Source: Actinomycetota bacterium
GTDB taxonomy: Bacteria > Actinomycetota > Thermoleophilia > Solirubrobacterales > 70-9
DNA length: 64,000 nucleotides
Reading direction: 5' to 3'
Assembly (NCBI GenBank): GCA_018268655.1
Contig: JAFDWC010000002.1
Location: 2,022 to 66,021, forward strand
Below, in pieces: positions 62,341 through 64,000 of this stretch. Each line of letters opens with the position of its first letter. Position 1 is the first letter of the stretch. The position numbers and the translations under genes are program-made. The notes beneath the pieces are model-generated. The model did not search any database, was not told the origin of the DNA, and saw only the letters and a list, made by a program, of their open reading frames with translations.

Positions 62341-63552
62341 GTGTCGGGACCGAGCAGCCAATCGCACGCGCGTTACGAGCGGATCTTCGAGCAGGTCGAG
62401 GCGCCGTTCGCCTTCGTCGACCTCGACGCGATGTGGGCGAACGCGGCGGCAATGCTGGAGCGGGCCGGCGAGAAGCCGGTCCGGGTCGCCAGCAAGTCGA
62501 TCCGCTGCCGGCCCCTGCTGGAGGCGATCCTGCGCCGAGACCCGCGCTTCCAGGGGCTGATGACGTTCACCCTGCCGGAGACGCTGTGGCTGGCCGAGCA
62601 CGGGTTCGACGACCTGCTGCTCGCCTACCCGACCGCCGACATCGGCGCGCTGGAGGAACTGGCGCTGCGCTCGGCGGCCGACCCCGACCGCGCCCCGATC
62701 GTGCCGGTCGACTGCGTCGAGCATCTCGACGCGATCGAGTCGGTGCTCGGCGCCAACTCGCCGCCGGTCCGCGTCTGCGTCGACGTCGACGCCGGCTGGT
62801 GGTGGCTCGGCGGCCGGGTCAAGGTGGGGCCGAAGCGCTCGCCGCTGCGGACCCCGGAGCAGGTGGTGGCGCTGGCGCGGGAGATCGAGAGCCGGCCGCA
62901 GATCGAACTCGACGCGCTGCTGGCCTACGAGGGCCAGATCGCCGGCGTCCCCGACCGGCCGCCGGGGAAGCCGCTGCGGGGGATGATGATCCGCTTCATG
63001 CAGCGGCGCTCGGCGCGGGAACTGTCCCAGCGGCGGGCCGCGATCGTCACCGCCCTCAGCGAGTTCGTCGAGCTCGAGGTGGTGAACGGGGGCGGCACCG
63101 GCAGCCTCGAGCTGACCTCGACCGAGGAGGTGGTCAGCGAGGTGACCGCGGGCTCCGGCTTCTTCGCCCCCACCCACTTCGACCACTACGGCCGCTTCAC
63201 CCTCACCCCGGCCGCCGGCTTCGCGCTGCCGATCGTCCGCAAGCCCTCGCCGCAGGTGGCGACGGCGCTCGGCGGCGGCTACCTCGCCTCCGGCACCTCG
63301 GAACCGTCGCGGCTGCCGGGGCCGTGGCTGCCGCCGGGGCTCGAGCTCGACGCCGAGGAGGGCGCCGGCGAGGTCCAGACCCCGCTGCTCGGCCCACCGG
63401 CGGCCGAGCTCGCGGTCGGCGACCGCGCCTACTTCCGCCACGCCAAGGCCGGCGAGCTCTGCGAGCGCTTCAGCCGCCTCCACCTGGTCGAAGGCGAGCG
63501 GATCGTCGACGTCGTCCCCACCTACCGCGGCGAGGGCAAGACGTTCCTCTGA
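62341..63552 (+). CDS. alanine-racemase-N-fold PLP enzyme (amino-acid deaminase/aldolase-like)
   Basis: FAFVDLDAMWANAAAM, and VRVASKSIRC with the candidate PLP Lys. Family resemblance to D-serine dehydratase-like proteins. GTG start at 62341. Confidence 0.65.
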   Translation: MSGPSSQSHARYERIFEQVEAPFAFVDLDAMWANAAAMLERAGEKPVRVASKSIRCRPLLEAILRRDPRFQGLMTFTLPETLWLAEHGFDDLLLAYPTADIGALEELALRSAADPDRAPIVPVDCVEHLDAIESVLGANSPPVRVCVDVDAGWWWLGGRVKVGPKRSPLRTPEQVVALAREIESRPQIELDALLAYEGQIAGVPDRPPGKPLRGMMIRFMQRRSARELSQRRAAIVTALSEFVELEVVNGGGTGSLELTSTEEVVSEVTAGSGFFAPTHFDHYGRFTLTPAAGFALPIVRKPSPQVATALGGGYLASGTSEPSRLPGPWLPPGLELDAEEGAGEVQTPLLGPPAAELAVGDRAYFRHAKAGELCERFSRLHLVEGERIVDVVPTYRGEGKTFL

Positions 63553-63553
63553 G

Positions 63554-64000
63554 TCACCGCCCCATCGACGGGGCGACCGGCGTCGCGTCGAGCGTCCGCT
63601 GGGCGTAGAAGACGGTCGCCATCAGCAGCGCCGCGATCCCGATGCTCGGTGCCGCGTAACCGGTCGCGTTGGCGACGACGCCGCCGCCGATCCCTCCCAG
63701 CACCTGCCCCGAGGCCCAGGCCATGTTGGAGACGCCGGCGGCGAAGCCCTGGTGCAGGCGCGAGGCGGCGACGACGTCGGCGATCTGCGCCATCGCCGGC
63801 GCGAAGCAGATCCCGGCCCCGAGCGAGCTGAAGATCAGGGCGGCCAGCACCGTCCCCACCGCCATCGCGATCGCCATCGCGGCCATCGAGAACGCGCAGA
63901 TCGTCAGCCCGACCACGTACGGGGTGCGGCGACCGACCCGGTCGGAGACTCGGCCGGCGATCGGCGCCAGCACCGCCTCCAGCGCCGCTCCGGCGATGAA
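63554..64000 (-). CDS. MFS transporter (3' part; 5' end outside window)
   Basis: GRVSDRVGRRTPYVVGL (MFS loop 8-9 type motif) followed by hydrophobic helices. The ORF runs off the window edge. Confidence 0.7.
   Translation of the reverse strand, partial: FIAGAALEAVLAPIAGRVSDRVGRRTPYVVGLTICAFSMAAMAIAMAVGTVLAALIFSSLGAGICFAPAMAQIADVVAASRLHQGFAAGVSNMAWASGQVLGGIGGGVVANATGYAAPSIGIAALLMATVFYAQRTLDATPVAPSMGR

Overview
This is a high-GC (about 70%) actinobacterial-type chromosomal segment. The protein families and the style of the secreted proteins hint at a Thermoleophilia-like organism, but that is inference only. I support about 65 protein genes and 2 tRNAs (Arg-ACG, Ser-GCT). I see no rRNA, no CRISPR array and no recognisable transposase or integrase.

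The left third (1-25 kb) holds three DHA2-type MFS pumps and one-component regulators (AraC, ArsR, 2x TetR, LysR). It also holds a BNR/Asp-box secreted protein and a cobalt-type nitrile hydratase operon (beta-alpha-accessory). Directly upstream of that operon is an AbiE-like wHTH + nucleotidyltransferase pair whose nucleotidyltransferase is frameshifted.

The most striking large-scale feature is a 32.5-kb block (26.1-58.6 kb). The intact tRNA-Arg(ACG) bounds it on the right. Three same-orientation copies of that tRNA's 3' half partition it (at 26.1, 35.9 and 37.05 kb). This is the signature of serial site-specific integration into a tRNA, yet no recombinase is visible in the block.

The block carries four tightly coupled catabolic clusters:
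- split transketolase / aminotransferase / CoA-transferase / MaoC;
- GMC oxidase / ALDH / phosphoesterase;
- proline-racemase-like / IlvD / DapA-like / D-TA / cyclase / SDR;
- Fe-ADH / Ldh_2 / RidA.

It also carries a RelE/ParE toxin-antitoxin pair, a P450 and a LytTR regulator.

Non-coding highlights are a 168-bp MITE-like element with perfect 22-bp terminal inverted repeats, an adjacent nested-hairpin element, and several palindromic operators in divergent promoters.

All functional calls come from reading the translated ORFs against remembered family signatures. No searches were run. Start codons are best guesses, and many use GTG/TTG.
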